NCBI GenBank assembly: GCA_026188615.1
Contig: GCA_026188615.1_4525.1
From: a phage
Length of the DNA: 64,000 nt
Direction: 5' to 3' (one strand)
Shown here: one piece after another, positions 47,881-57,542 of the stretch
Numbering within the stretch: the first letter of the stretch is position 1
Layout: every line of letters begins with the position of its first letter
Translations under genes and position numbers: made by a program
Notes under the pieces: model-generated
The model's input: only the letters and a program-made list of their open reading frames with translations
Database searches by the model: none
Told to the model about the DNA's origin: nothing

Positions 47881-48189
47881 TCAATTAGAAAATAAATTTA
47901 TCCAAGATTTTTCTTTAATCAAAAATGGACCGGAATTAAACGCCATTAAACTTTGAGTGATTAATCCCTTAAATGGTCCATCAATAAATTCCATTTTGAA
48001 ATGCGGAATACTAGTCATCAACCGTGCATTAGGAGCAGTACAAAGAACCTGCTGCCCTGCGAACGGACCTTTAGTCAAACGATATCGTTTAGGTTTAAAA
48101 TGGTAAATCTCGTAATTTTCTACAAGGGCCCTTTTATTGCATACTGGGCTGTTATAACAATATTCAAAAACTTCAATAGTGGTCATCAT
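47881..48189 (-). CDS. hypothetical protein
   Basis: 102-aa ORF. Confidence 0.45.
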   Translation of the reverse strand: MMTTIEVFEYCYNSPVCNKRALVENYEIYHFKPKRYRLTKGPFAGQQVLCTAPNARLMTSIPHFKMEFIDGPFKGLITQSLMAFNSGPFLIKEKSWINLFSN

Positions 48190-48725
48190 TGCATTCCAAT
48201 CACAAAAAATTGAGGACGAGCATTACCGCCGATGCAATATTTGCTTTTGCAACAGTGTTGGACTGTTTTAATATGTACATTGTAAATCTTATCCATATCA
48301 GGAGCTTTAATAGGCTCGTCAATTATATACAGAATACGAGAAAGCGTTAATCCACGAAATTTAGAACCTTCATTGCCAATAAAACTACGGACAGAATCAG
48401 TAAATAAACGGAATCGAATATCATCGCTAGAATAACGAGAAAATTCTTTTTTAATGTTGCCAGCAGAAATTTTAGCATAAGCTGAAGTATTAGAAAGAAC
48501 AATAACTGTTCCACCATCATACAGCCAATTAACAGCAAAATTAGTTACTGCGGTCGATTTACCTGATTGTCGGCCGCCGTCTAAACGAAGTGTACAGTAC
48601 TGCTTGAGTACGTCTTCAAACGGTGGGACATAACCATTCTTACAAATTTCTTCTACTCTAGCATCAGAATGGTGTGTAAAAGCATTCATCAGGGATAGAT
48701 AAGGTCCAGTTAAAAATGTTCTCAT
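48186..48725 (-). CDS. P-loop NTPase-like protein
   Basis: 179 aa; Walker A GGRQSGKST. Confidence 0.55.
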   Translation of the reverse strand: MRTFLTGPYLSLMNAFTHHSDARVEEICKNGYVPPFEDVLKQYCTLRLDGGRQSGKSTAVTNFAVNWLYDGGTVIVLSNTSAYAKISAGNIKKEFSRYSSDDIRFRLFTDSVRSFIGNEGSKFRGLTLSRILYIIDEPIKAPDMDKIYNVHIKTVQHCCKSKYCIGGNARPQFFVIGMQ

Positions 48726-48806
48726 TTAGTTTCTCTTAAGGTTTGGGCCATTCCGTGGCACATGAATTGTCCATTTCTGTATTTACCCCTCCAAGTAATT
48801 ATGAAT

Positions 48807-48836
48807 ATACTATCACAATTCTAGGAGAAAGTAAAC
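48807..48836 (-). promoter_or_regulatory. early-type promoter
   Basis: GTTTAC-N18-TAGTAT upstream of ORF 48186..48725. Confidence 0.45.
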
Positions 48837-48838
48837 TG

Positions 48839-49141
48839 TTATTTACCTTTAATTACTTTAGCTGCTTCGATAGCCGCTTGCTGAAGGTCATCCATAGACA
48901 TACCGAATTTAGAAGCAAAGTTATCAATTTTCTTTTCGACAGCATTCAAAGGCTTGGCCTGTTTACCTTCATTAGCGCCAGGAAGAGCGAGAATACGCTC
49001 TTTGTCAATATAAAGGCTTACAAGTTTCTTACGGTCTTTATCGGACAAATCATGAAATGAATGGGCCTTTTTATTTATAGCGGCTTCTAATTTACCTGCA
49101 CTCACTCGCGCTTCAGTAATAAATTCTTGATATGTTTTCAT
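48839..49141 (-). CDS. internal (capsid-packaged) protein with capsid targeting sequence, IPII-like
   Basis: 100 aa; N-terminal CTS MKTYQEFITEA; own early promoter. Confidence 0.75.
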   Translation of the reverse strand: MKTYQEFITEARVSAGKLEAAINKKAHSFHDLSDKDRKKLVSLYIDKERILALPGANEGKQAKPLNAVEKKIDNFASKFGMSMDDLQQAAIEAAKVIKGK

Positions 49142-49174
49142 TTTTTTTGTTTCCTTGTTTGTTTTGATAGAGTA

Positions 49175-49204
49175 ATTATACCATATTAATACTTAAGCGT
49201 AAAC
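49175..49204 (-). promoter_or_regulatory. early promoter (GTTTAC-N18-TATAAT)
   Basis: Upstream of internal protein gene 48839..49141. Confidence 0.65.
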
Positions 49205-49207
49205 AAT

Positions 49208-49468
49208 TTAAGCTTTACCGCCAGAAATAATTCCGAAATTGTTAAAATCATATCCAATATCGTCAACATCTACTTTAGGACTTGCTACAACATAAGCAAT
49301 TTCACTACGTTTTGCATAGGTGTTGATTTCTTTACCATCGCCACCTAAGAAAGAATACCCATTACGTTTTAATGAGCCAAAGTCTTCCGCATCACCAATG
49401 AAAGCTTTAACTTTAAATTTAGGACCTTTGGCATCAGCTTCAGTGATAAATTCTTGATACATTTTCAT
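49208..49468 (-). CDS. internal protein with capsid targeting sequence
   Basis: 86 aa; N-terminal MKMYQEFITEA. Confidence 0.7.
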   Translation of the reverse strand: MKMYQEFITEADAKGPKFKVKAFIGDAEDFGSLKRNGYSFLGGDGKEINTYAKRSEIAYVVASPKVDVDDIGYDFNNFGIISGGKA

Positions 49469-49474
49469 TTTTCC

Positions 49475-49888
49475 TTAGTAAATTGATTTACCATAGTATT
49501 TGTACCAAGTCGGACGTTGAGCAATTTTTTCATCTAAGCGTGCTTGACTTATCGCAATGGACTCTTCGGACGGGACGTAATTATTACGAAATTCGGCAGG
49601 GATGTCGGAAATATCCTGGACAGTCGTGTCCTTGATTTTGAAACCACGTTTCAAGCATTCAGCGATTAGCTCGATTTGTCGTAAACGTAAAAATTCGAGT
49701 TTGTCGTAAAAGAATGTTACGTGACCTGTGCCTAAGATAAATGTTGGAGAGATTTTAAAATCCTTTACACGTTTACCGTTTTGAACATGTTTACGGACTG
49801 CACCGAATACACGAGGTAATTCACGATACTCAGCCATAAGATGTTGGTCGGCCAGTTCAGAAACAAGTGTTAAATTGATACGGGTCAT
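49475..49888 (-). CDS. denV: endonuclease V (pyrimidine dimer DNA glycosylase) DenV
   Basis: Internal [37 protein letters not shown]... matches T4 EndoV. Confidence 0.93.
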   Translation of the reverse strand: MTRINLTLVSELADQHLMAEYRELPRVFGAVRKHVQNGKRVKDFKISPTFILGTGHVTFFYDKLEFLRLRQIELIAECLKRGFKIKDTTVQDISDIPAEFRNNYVPSEESIAISQARLDEKIAQRPTWYKYYGKSIY

Positions 49889-49915
49889 AATTTCCTCCAA
49901 GTAGTTGATAGATGT

Positions 49916-49945
49916 ATAGTATCAAAGTCCTTGGAGGAAGTAAAC
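49916..49945 (-). promoter_or_regulatory. early-type promoter upstream of denV
   Basis: GTTTAC-N18-TACTAT. Confidence 0.5.
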
Positions 49946-49946
49946 A

Positions 49947-50228
49947 CTATTTTTCTGAAGCGCCTGAAATATATTTTTCAAGACGTTGTTTCATTAACGA
50001 GCCGTTCTTAGCGATTTCTTCCGGTTTATCGCACATACGTAACAAGGCTTCAAGCTTAGCGATATCGCTGGTACGTTCAAATTTGCGAGTATCTATCTTA
50101 CTAGCAAGTTCAGAAATACGTGCTAATAGACTTTCCGCTTCAACCAAAGCTGCACCTAGCTTAGTTGCAAATGTGTCAGTAGCTTCGTTAAGAATAGATT
50201 CTGATAAAAATTCACTATATGTTTTCAT
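49947..50228 (-). CDS. internal protein with capsid targeting sequence (IPIII-like position)
   Basis: Internal [14 protein letters not shown]; its ATG overlaps the TGA of gene e (ATGA). Confidence 0.65.
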   Translation of the reverse strand: MKTYSEFLSESILNEATDTFATKLGAALVEAESLLARISELASKIDTRKFERTSDIAKLEALLRMCDKPEEIAKNGSLMKQRLEKYISGASEK

Positions 50229-50713
50229 ATATACGCTTTCCAAGTTCCTGTTTTAAATGTTGAGATTACGCGTTTTGCGCGATTAGGTGTCTGACGATAC
50301 CATTTAGATTGGGCTAGATTTACTGCCGCTTCGTCCCAACGTTTCTGTTGAAGCATACGAAGAGAATTAGTAAAACCGGCGACGCCTGCTACACCCATTT
50401 GGAAGACCATATTGACCAATGCACATCGACGAACTGCATCTAAAGAATCATATACCGGTTTAAGTTTAGCATTACCCAAGATTCCGCGAACGGCTTTATC
50501 AACGTCTTCATTAAATAGCTTTTCAGCCTCATCAAGGGTAATTGTACCGTTGCATTTACGACCGATCATTCTGTCAAGTTCAGCTTTAGCTACGGCTAAA
50601 GACGGGTTCTTTGTTACCAAATGGCCTATGCCAATCGTCCAAAAGCCTTCAGTGTCTTTGTATAAAGTCAGTCTAAGACCTTCGTCATTACGAAGCATTT
50701 CAAATATATTCAT
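50225..50713 (-). CDS. e: lysozyme (endolysin) e
   Basis: [23 protein letters not shown]..TIGIGHL...RCALxNMVFQMG..[25 protein letters not shown] matches T4 lysozyme. Confidence 0.97.
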   Translation of the reverse strand: MNIFEMLRNDEGLRLTLYKDTEGFWTIGIGHLVTKNPSLAVAKAELDRMIGRKCNGTITLDEAEKLFNEDVDKAVRGILGNAKLKPVYDSLDAVRRCALVNMVFQMGVAGVAGFTNSLRMLQQKRWDEAAVNLAQSKWYRQTPNRAKRVISTFKTGTWKAYI

Positions 50714-50747
50714 AATACCTCCCACGTTTATAGGAGGTATTTATTAC

Positions 50748-51206
50748 TTATAGGATGGTAGTGAGCACCTTATATAATGATTTGCCCATTACATATTCCC
50801 ATTGAGAAGGTTTAATTAAAGCGAATGCATCAAATTCAGGAATCTGTCGTCCGTCTGGGAATGTATGATAGGAATTACAAACACTGTTTCTGAATTGCTC
50901 GTGCTCTACAGGGATGGTATATAGGAACAGATGAATATTCTTATTGTCTGAGTAATGATGTTCACCTAGGTCTTTCAGGAAGGCAGGGTCATATTGTGTA
51001 AACCCAGTTTCTTCTTCGCATTCACGAATAGCGGCTTCAATAGGAGATTCACCAGGCTCGACACGGCCTTTAGGAATATCCCACCGATGAGCTAAAGAAC
51101 CTTTAGGACGAGAACCAGTTACACGCCCCATGAATAATTCTTTATCTTCGGTAAGGAAAATAATACCGGCTGATAGTTCTTTCACTTTATTTTTCTTACT
51201 CATCAT
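50748..51206 (-). CDS. nudE: Nudix hydrolase NudE-like
   Basis: 152 aa; Nudix box GRVEPGESPIEAAIRECEEETG. Confidence 0.85.
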   Translation of the reverse strand: MMSKKNKVKELSAGIIFLTEDKELFMGRVTGSRPKGSLAHRWDIPKGRVEPGESPIEAAIRECEEETGFTQYDPAFLKDLGEHHYSDNKNIHLFLYTIPVEHEQFRNSVCNSYHTFPDGRQIPEFDAFALIKPSQWEYVMGKSLYKVLTTIL

Positions 51207-51447
51207 CTCTGTCCCATGATTTGGCCATTAATTCGGACATAAATTCTTCAATGCGCGTTTCTTTAGATGGACTTTCACTATTAGAGACCGCAAGTTTGTA
51301 ATCTGCAATAGGACAGAACATATCAAGGTCCATATTAAGGTCGTCTTTGATTTTTTCTTCTGACACATCTTTATCGTATGTGTACAGATAACTATCACAT
51401 GATTCTGATTTAATGTAAATTGCTATACTCATCTCAAATTTCTGCAT
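51196..51447 (-). CDS. hypothetical protein
   Basis: 83-aa ORF. Confidence 0.45.
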   Translation of the reverse strand: MQKFEMSIAIYIKSESCDSYLYTYDKDVSEEKIKDDLNMDLDMFCPIADYKLAVSNSESPSKETRIEEFMSELMAKSWDRDDE

Positions 51448-51920
51448 TCGGTAATAAAACGTTCAACTTCATTATTCTTGGCTTTTATCTTGTCTTTATG
51501 TTCTTGTAAACTACTTTTAATAAGATTAATAATGATAGCGGCAGTGCCGCCGCCAATGATGCCACCAACAACACTTATGATAATAGATGCTAATAAGATA
51601 GCAATAATATCAACAAAACCGAAAGAACTCACCTTAGTACTGAAAAACCATATAGATGGTACAAATATAATCCATCCTGTTATCCATTGGCACTTATTGA
51701 AAAACTTTTCAAGCTCAGCTTGAGTTGTTCGTATTACTTCATCGATAGGTTGATAACCGTTAATGTATCTGTTCACGATAATACCTGCTGGCTGGTCGAT
51801 TTTAAATTCTTGGCAAATACGTTTAACTAAGTAGGATGGACATCCTGTCCAATCTACTGAATAGTATGAAATACCTTTATTGCCGTCGTCTATATTAGAC
51901 CAATATGTTTTGTTAATCAT
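51429..51920 (-). CDS. membrane protein
   Basis: 163-aa ORF, two TM segments. Confidence 0.5.
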   Translation of the reverse strand: MINKTYWSNIDDGNKGISYYSVDWTGCPSYLVKRICQEFKIDQPAGIIVNRYINGYQPIDEVIRTTQAELEKFFNKCQWITGWIIFVPSIWFFSTKVSSFGFVDIIAILLASIIISVVGGIIGGGTAAIIINLIKSSLQEHKDKIKAKNNEVERFITECRNLR

Positions 51921-52606
51921 TACCAGCCTTCCATAGGGAATTCCAGATAAACTTGAGCGTTGACACGAATTTCATTGGTAATCTTTTTAACTCGGTCTGT
52001 ATTACGAGATACACGTCCGAACCAACGCCATCCGTTACTAATTGCACGAGAACCAGTGTGCCATGTTTGCCAATCAAACTGAAGAAGAGTACGATCCGGA
52101 GCTTCCCATTTCTCTAGTTCGCCTTTTTCGATTTTTTCGAGGACTTCTTTGTGCCACTGGCGATAGATAAGTTCGCCATCAGGAATCTGACTGAACTCTG
52201 CAGTTCCTGTTGCAAAATGAGTAGGACACACATCAGCGTTAACAAGACCAAGAATATGTTCAGACAAATAGCGAGGATTGTCATAGTCAGGTTGTCCTGC
52301 AGTAATAAAATGTTGACCAACCGGAATATCCGGGCGTGGTACATCGTCATGGTGATAACCTGGGATAGCAGGGTACCAACCGGGCATCAGCATGTGGACT
52401 CGTGAATCAAATACTACAACCGAGTCTTTCCAATCGTCAGGGAGATTTTGGATAAAGCTACGAGTAATTGGACCGCCGTTATCAAAAGCAAAATTCAAAT
52501 CGCAATTAAAGAACATAGGCTCGTTTTTAATCTGGCCATTTTTAATCGCATGAGCAAAACCACCTACTGCACGAGCTTGACTATTAAACACTTTAGAACT
52601 ATTCAT
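51920..52606 (-). CDS. hypothetical protein
   Basis: 228-aa ORF. Confidence 0.55.
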   Translation of the reverse strand: MNSSKVFNSQARAVGGFAHAIKNGQIKNEPMFFNCDLNFAFDNGGPITRSFIQNLPDDWKDSVVVFDSRVHMLMPGWYPAIPGYHHDDVPRPDIPVGQHFITAGQPDYDNPRYLSEHILGLVNADVCPTHFATGTAEFSQIPDGELIYRQWHKEVLEKIEKGELEKWEAPDRTLLQFDWQTWHTGSRAISNGWRWFGRVSRNTDRVKKITNEIRVNAQVYLEFPMEGW

Positions 52607-52607
52607 A

Positions 52608-52913
52608 TTATTTTCCTCGACATTCTTTAATGAAATTTTCTAGATTGGTAGATTCAATAGCTTTTTTACGAGCTTCTGCGTGTTCTTCTTCGGTCAATTT
52701 ACGTTTATAATTGACCCAGACATTATGGTCGAAACTAGTCGTGGCATATAATAACAATGCTCCAACGAATAGCAAAAACGGCGATAAGAATATAAAACCA
52801 GGAACACCATCCATATCGTAAGCCTTTTGTAATACTGCAACAGAAAGGGCTGCGTAAAAAAGTGATGCAAATATTGTTAAAAGACCAATTCGGTTGGTTT
52901 CGCCTAATTTCAT
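52608..52913 (-). CDS. membrane protein
   Basis: 101-aa ORF with TM segments; early promoter upstream. Confidence 0.5.
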   Translation of the reverse strand: MKLGETNRIGLLTIFASLFYAALSVAVLQKAYDMDGVPGFIFLSPFLLFVGALLLYATTSFDHNVWVNYKRKLTEEEHAEARKKAIESTNLENFIKECRGK

Positions 52914-52941
52914 AATATTCTCCTCATGTTTAATAGGACTA

Positions 52942-52971
52942 CTATAACATAGTCCTATAATTGTGTAAACA
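52942..52971 (-). promoter_or_regulatory. early-type promoter
   Basis: GTTTAC-N18-TATAGT, dyad ATAGGACT/AGTCCTAT around -10. Confidence 0.55.
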
Positions 52972-52982
52972 GTTTTGTGAAG

Positions 52983-53939
52983 TTATTTGAAAGGTTTTAC
53001 CATATGGAAATTTTGTTTGAAACGTTTGACGTAATCGTCATGTCCTAAGCTTTGGTACATACTTACAACTTTGCTGTAGTTTTCCCAAGCGTATTCACGG
53101 AACCAACCTGATGTGATTGAAGTACAGACCTTTTCAAGAGCCATCATAAAACTATCACGTGGATGGATTTTAAAGTCATTAGGAATTTGAGAACGTTCTA
53201 ACGCTAGTACACATGATTCTTCGTATACACCGGCCAATTTGACCATTTCCGGTAATGATTCGAACTTCTCGCGTGAGGTCATGACTTCAGAACCATCTTT
53301 CATGTAAAATGTATACGCTGGACGGTCTGTTAGTGCAATGGCTTCATGAATAGTATCATGGTCATATGTATAGATGTCATCTTTAAAGAATGCGCTTTTA
53401 GAAGTGTCAAGAACCGGGTGAGCATAATTCAAGGTTTCTTTCTGGCGTTTCAGCATAATTTCAGTAAGTTCATCGTTCAGTGTAACACCTTTACCACGAA
53501 GATACTGAATATGGTTCATAGTCTTTAAAAAGAATGGATTATTTTTCTTGAAACGATGAGACATCTTAATTGCAAGACACATCTCAGGAGTTGCCCAGTA
53601 AAACCCGTTCAAACGATCTTTAGTCAAATTTTTCTTGGCGTATTTTAAAAGGTCATAAGAAGACGTGAAATCTTCAGGAGTGAGTTCACCGACTAATTCA
53701 CGGACATTAGTGATTGCCGGAACAATATATGCTTCAAAATGAGTTTCGCGTCCATTATGGAAGCATTTGAAAACTTGGACATCAGGGTTATCTTGGTGAA
53801 CATATACACCCATCATTTGATTTTTGAATGCATTCCAAGAACCTTGGTCTGCAATAAAGTCCCAGTCACTATTTTTGATAGCGTTAGAATCAATAAGACC
53901 GTGATAGTGAAGTGCACGAGAACCAATAACTAACATCAT
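52983..53939 (-). CDS. hypothetical protein
   Basis: 318-aa ORF. Confidence 0.55.
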   Translation of the reverse strand: MMLVIGSRALHYHGLIDSNAIKNSDWDFIADQGSWNAFKNQMMGVYVHQDNPDVQVFKCFHNGRETHFEAYIVPAITNVRELVGELTPEDFTSSYDLLKYAKKNLTKDRLNGFYWATPEMCLAIKMSHRFKKNNPFFLKTMNHIQYLRGKGVTLNDELTEIMLKRQKETLNYAHPVLDTSKSAFFKDDIYTYDHDTIHEAIALTDRPAYTFYMKDGSEVMTSREKFESLPEMVKLAGVYEESCVLALERSQIPNDFKIHPRDSFMMALEKVCTSITSGWFREYAWENYSKVVSMYQSLGHDDYVKRFKQNFHMVKPFK

Positions 53940-53967
53940 AATATTTTCCTCGGATTAATTCATTAAC

Positions 53968-54219
53968 TTAAATTTCACGACATGCGATATTATATTCATC
54001 CCAGAGGTCATCGTGTGAAGCCTCTACCAATGGAACGATTGTACCGTTTATGTCTTCATTATAAGGGCAAATTGTACAGTGCGCATCTTCGAATCGGATG
54101 CCTTTGTGTTCAGATTTTTTATAACGCATATCGAATATCTTTGCAAACTTTTCACGAGTAATGGTTTTACCAACCACTTTGGTTCCGATACTTTCGTAAT
54201 AAATCATTGTGGACTCCAT
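53968..54219 (-). CDS. hypothetical protein
   Basis: 83-aa ORF; early promoter upstream. Confidence 0.5.
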   Translation of the reverse strand: MESTMIYYESIGTKVVGKTITREKFAKIFDMRYKKSEHKGIRFEDAHCTICPYNEDINGTIVPLVEASHDDLWDEYNIACREI

Positions 54220-54235
54220 TTGTTTTGATAGGACT

Positions 54236-54265
54236 ACTATAACATAGCCCTATCTTGTTGTAAAC
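54236..54265 (-). promoter_or_regulatory. early-type promoter
   Basis: GTTTAC-N18-TATAGT. Confidence 0.55.
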
Positions 54266-54269
54266 TGTT

Positions 54270-54467
54270 TTAGCAAGAATAACTAGATGATACCCAGCCT
54301 TGAACAGTGATACTATTGTGGGATAATGAGATCGCGTCCTGGAGATTCAGACCTGCGTTATCTTCAATCCATAATGTAACTTCTTCGCGTTCTTCTGTTG
54401 CAATTTGGAACAGGTTTTCCAGAGCAGCTACTGCCGTACGTACAGCACAATCTAATTCACGAGACAT
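54270..54467 (-). CDS. small protein, paralog family (C-terminal WVSSSxSC)
   Basis: 65 aa ending QGWVSSSYSC. Confidence 0.5.
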   Translation of the reverse strand: MSRELDCAVRTAVAALENLFQIATEEREEVTLWIEDNAGLNLQDAISLSHNSITVQGWVSSSYSC

Positions 54468-54476
54468 ATTGTTTCC

Positions 54477-54749
54477 TTAGCAAGTGTGAGAAGATGCGAC
54501 CCAACCACCAGTTTCGAGGCTCAGGTTGTAGTCGTATTGGTAAACGTCAGCCCATTCAGCATAGCCGTTTTTTGTACAACGTTCAAGATCGGCTTTAAGA
54601 TGTCCGGGTGAATGATAGGTTCCACCCATACCATAAGCTGGGTACAAGTTGAATGTTGTGTTTTGTTTATCAGCAATTTCTTTGGCAGCCTCAATAGCTG
54701 CATAGATTTTTGCTACAGCTTCAGCCAGTTCGGTTTGTTCTTTAGACAT
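54477..54749 (-). CDS. small protein, paralog family (C-terminal WVxSSxxC)
   Basis: 90 aa ending GGWVASSHTC. Confidence 0.5.
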   Translation of the reverse strand: MSKEQTELAEAVAKIYAAIEAAKEIADKQNTTFNLYPAYGMGGTYHSPGHLKADLERCTKNGYAEWADVYQYDYNLSLETGGWVASSHTC

Positions 54750-54758
54750 AATGATTCC

Positions 54759-55064
54759 TTAGCACAACGCAGAAGACGAAACCCAAGCACCTTCAGTAAT
54801 AACGTATCCATTACCTTCACGCTTAACATCGCCACCATTATTTTCAATTTCATCTTTCATCCACTGGGATACGATTTCACCCTTAGGATAATAAGTACGA
54901 CCGCTACCATAATCACCTACAGAAAATGATACGGCATATTGGTCTGCGATCTTTGTTGCTTCTTCTTCGATGCGTTCAGCTTGATTCAGAAGTTTATAAA
55001 TTGCATCTGAAGCGGATTTGGCATCATTAAACTCTGGTACTTTAATTTCAATAATCTTACTCAT
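54759..55064 (-). CDS. small protein, paralog family (C-terminal WVSSSxxC)
   Basis: 101 aa ending GAWVSSSALC. Confidence 0.5.
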   Translation of the reverse strand: MSKIIEIKVPEFNDAKSASDAIYKLLNQAERIEEEATKIADQYAVSFSVGDYGSGRTYYPKGEIVSQWMKDEIENNGGDVKREGNGYVITEGAWVSSSALC

Positions 55065-55420
55065 TTTCTACATTCCTTAATAAAGTTTTCTATTGTTTCA
55101 TTTTCACGTCTAGTTAGGAGTTCATTATAACTAATCATTTGAGAAGCGTAAACCTTTTTATTTTTCTTGTTATGGTTTATAAAATCGTAGTAAAAATAGA
55201 CTACAGTACAAAATGATGCGATGGATGCAAAGGCTTGGGTATACCGTAAGTCCTGCCATTGGTCTGTGAATCCACCGGTATTCCCTATAAATCCTAACAC
55301 AACTCCGTCAATAAGAAATCCAACTAATCCAAAGGCAAATCCCATGCCAATACTCATAATAAAAATTAGAATGTTCTCACCAAGAGAAGGCCATACGGTT
55401 AAGAGTTGAGGCTTTTGCAT
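55061..55420 (-). CDS. membrane protein
   Basis: 119-aa ORF. Confidence 0.5.
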   Translation of the reverse strand: MQKPQLLTVWPSLGENILIFIMSIGMGFAFGLVGFLIDGVVLGFIGNTGGFTDQWQDLRYTQAFASIASFCTVVYFYYDFINHNKKNKKVYASQMISYNELLTRRENETIENFIKECRK

Positions 55421-55824
55421 CTTATCTCCTTAACGAATTCCATAGCTTCTTCATATTCATACTTTTTAACAGCTTCATCATACTGAGCTTGAGCTTTTGC
55501 GCACTGAACTTTCCATTCTCTTAATCGGGCTCTGTGATGACGGCCTTGGTGCCAATATCCTACCCAATTAATAGGCATTAATAAAAACGGTACAATAAGT
55601 GGTGCGACGAACATTAATGAAAATGCTGCATCAGACGATATAACTTTATTGGAATCTAAAACAGCTCCTATAATCATAAAGATTAAAAATGCTAAAGCTA
55701 AAATAGGGCCAAATAGTACTTCGTTTGGGATTAATTTACGTTTGTATTCGTATGCCCATGGCTTAATTGGCATGTACAGGGTTGGCTTTGACATATTCTC
55801 TACATTCCATAATAAATTGCTCAA
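55399..55824 (-). CDS. membrane protein
   Basis: 141-aa ORF. Confidence 0.5.
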   Translation of the reverse strand: MSNLLWNVENMSKPTLYMPIKPWAYEYKRKLIPNEVLFGPILALAFLIFMIIGAVLDSNKVISSDAAFSLMFVAPLIVPFLLMPINWVGYWHQGRHHRARLREWKVQCAKAQAQYDEAVKKYEYEEAMEFVKEIRCKSLNS

Positions 55825-56359
55825 GGATTAAATTGTTAGTGAAATTAGGACTAACAACCATAGTTTCATAAAGCGCATCAATAGCACTTAAAGCATCAAC
55901 TCTTTTAAGCAAAGGCTTGCCTTCATACATAGTTTCAGAATCGATGATTAAAGTAAAGTAATATTTTTTATTATCGACTAGAACTTCTGTATCGATATAA
56001 AACATATTAGACCTCAGAAGCTTATCTCTAAAACCATAATAATCTTCTGAACGTTCACTGATATATTCCCGTTCAGTGTTTAAACAACAAACAGACCACG
56101 TAGGAGCAACGAAATCAGTGAATCTAATATCATGGTCTGCAACTAGTTTAGCAATAGCTCCGATATCATGAATCATAATACCTGGGGCTAATAAAGATTT
56201 TCGGTGATTTGCATATTCAGTTGTCTCATAAGAAGACGACCAGTACCATTTACGTCCAGTTGCAACATATCGTAATGAATCAACTAAAGACGTAGGTGGA
56301 TTTACCTTATCTCGGAACTCTTCGAACATTGAGTCAATATCATTATTTTGGTTTCGCAT
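55763..56359 (-). CDS. hypothetical protein
   Basis: Internal ATG MRNQNNDIDSMFEEF with AAGGAG RBS. Confidence 0.5.
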   Translation of the reverse strand: MRNQNNDIDSMFEEFRDKVNPPTSLVDSLRYVATGRKWYWSSSYETTEYANHRKSLLAPGIMIHDIGAIAKLVADHDIRFTDFVAPTWSVCCLNTEREYISERSEDYYGFRDKLLRSNMFYIDTEVLVDNKKYYFTLIIDSETMYEGKPLLKRVDALSAIDALYETMVVSPNFTNNLILEQFIMECREYVKANPVHAN

Positions 56360-56378
56360 GTTAACTCCTTTATTATCC

Positions 56379-56400
56379 AAAAGGAGGACCGGAGTCCTCC
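56379..56400 (-). terminator. hairpin with short U tract (weak terminator or attenuator)
   Basis: GGAGGAC-CGGA-GTCCTCC then TTTT on minus strand. Confidence 0.45.
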
Positions 56401-56408
56401 GTATTATT

Positions 56409-57002
56409 TTATTTCAAAGAGTTAATATATTCTTGTACATCAGCAGAAGTGGTTTCGACGCCGGCTGGAGTGCCATTGAACGTTTCAACACGAGTCAGAG
56501 TGTCTTCGATATCAACCTTAGTCAGTGCAGCTATTTCAATTACATCATCGGCCGTAGAGATACCAAGGGCATTGGCTGCTCGAGTTTCACGAATGTATTC
56601 GAGTTTGATTGCCAGGTTCTGACTAGCATCGTCAAGTTCAACCACCTTACGAGCAATTTCAATTCGCATAGCGGCGTACCCGTCAGCTTTTGTATTAAGT
56701 TGTTCGGCAGTTCGACGATACAGAAGACCAAGCTTAGCATGCATAGTAACATCTTGTCCTTCAGCCAGGAGCTTACGAATTTCACGTTCCTTAGAAGCGG
56801 CTTGCTTGTTCTTTTCATTAACAAGTTCGCGAATACGTTTTTCTTCATTAATAGATTTAACAGAAGCCGTTTTTAGTTCTTTGATTTGGGTAATCAACTT
56901 ATCTGCAGCTGCGTTATACTGTTCTTCGACAGTCAGATTTTTAGCCATAGCAGTACCCAGTTTAGTGCGAATGAATTCAACAAGTTTCTTCAGTGTGTTC
57001 AT
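56409..57002 (-). CDS. PspA/IM30-like coiled-coil protein (tentative)
   Basis: Start at [13 protein letters not shown]; long amphipathic coiled coil resembling phage-shock protein A architecture. Confidence 0.45.
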   Translation of the reverse strand: MNTLKKLVEFIRTKLGTAMAKNLTVEEQYNAAADKLITQIKELKTASVKSINEEKRIRELVNEKNKQAASKEREIRKLLAEGQDVTMHAKLGLLYRRTAEQLNTKADGYAAMRIEIARKVVELDDASQNLAIKLEYIRETRAANALGISTADDVIEIAALTKVDIEDTLTRVETFNGTPAGVETTSADVQEYINSLK

Positions 57003-57043
57003 ATTATTACCTTTCAATTGGTGGTTTATTATCCAACGAGAGC

Positions 57044-57072
57044 ATTATACTCTGCTCTCAAGAGTTTGTAAA
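57044..57072 (-). promoter_or_regulatory. sigma70-type promoter (TTTACA-N17-TATAAT)
   Basis: Upstream of PspA-like gene; near-duplicate of 27689..27717. Confidence 0.55.
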
Positions 57073-57300
57073 TTATTTTTTAATCAAATTGACATAAAAC
57101 TTGGCGTCTTCGGGGTGCATGCCTTCGCAGTATTCTTCAACCATGAACTTCTTAACAGCTTCATAAGGACCGCTCAGATTAAGCTCAGTTGTCCAAAACT
57201 TGGAATCTTGGACTGAATCGATACGAACTTCAGGGTGACGGTTGCGAATAACTTCTTCAGTGTATTCATAATCAACAACATCAATACTAACTGTAGCCAT
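57073..57300 (-). CDS. hypothetical protein
   Basis: 75-aa ORF. Confidence 0.5.
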   Translation of the reverse strand: MATVSIDVVDYEYTEEVIRNRHPEVRIDSVQDSKFWTTELNLSGPYEAVKKFMVEEYCEGMHPEDAKFYVNLIKK

Positions 57301-57329
57301 TTTGTTTCTCCTCTTGATTTGATGTGATT

Positions 57330-57359
57330 ACTATAACATAAACTTACTTAGATGTAAAT
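57330..57359 (-). promoter_or_regulatory. early-type promoter
   Basis: ATTTAC-N18-TATAGT. Confidence 0.45.
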
Positions 57360-57512
57360 TATTTCAACGTCACCTTTAGCTGCTTTATAACCTTCGGCCC
57401 AAGATACAACAGAGTTTTTATCTGAGGATTCAAATTCAGGCATTGGACTTTCACCAATATTCACACAGTATGTTTCTTCATTTTCATCGAACCAAATAAT
57501 TAAAGTAGTCAT
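57348..57512 (-). CDS. small ORF (54 aa), not in ORF track
   Basis: MTTLIIWFDENEETYCVNIGESPMPEFESSDKNSVVSWAEGYKAAKGDVEIIYI; fills otherwise empty interval. Confidence 0.35.
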   Translation of the reverse strand: MTTLIIWFDENEETYCVNIGESPMPEFESSDKNSVVSWAEGYKAAKGDVEIIYI

Positions 57513-57542
57513 TTTGTTTACTCCTCTGTAGTTGATAAGTCT

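Noticed and set aside
50726-50747. Late promoter upstream of gene e
   Set aside because: Sequences CTATAAAC and AATAAATA are near-matches only
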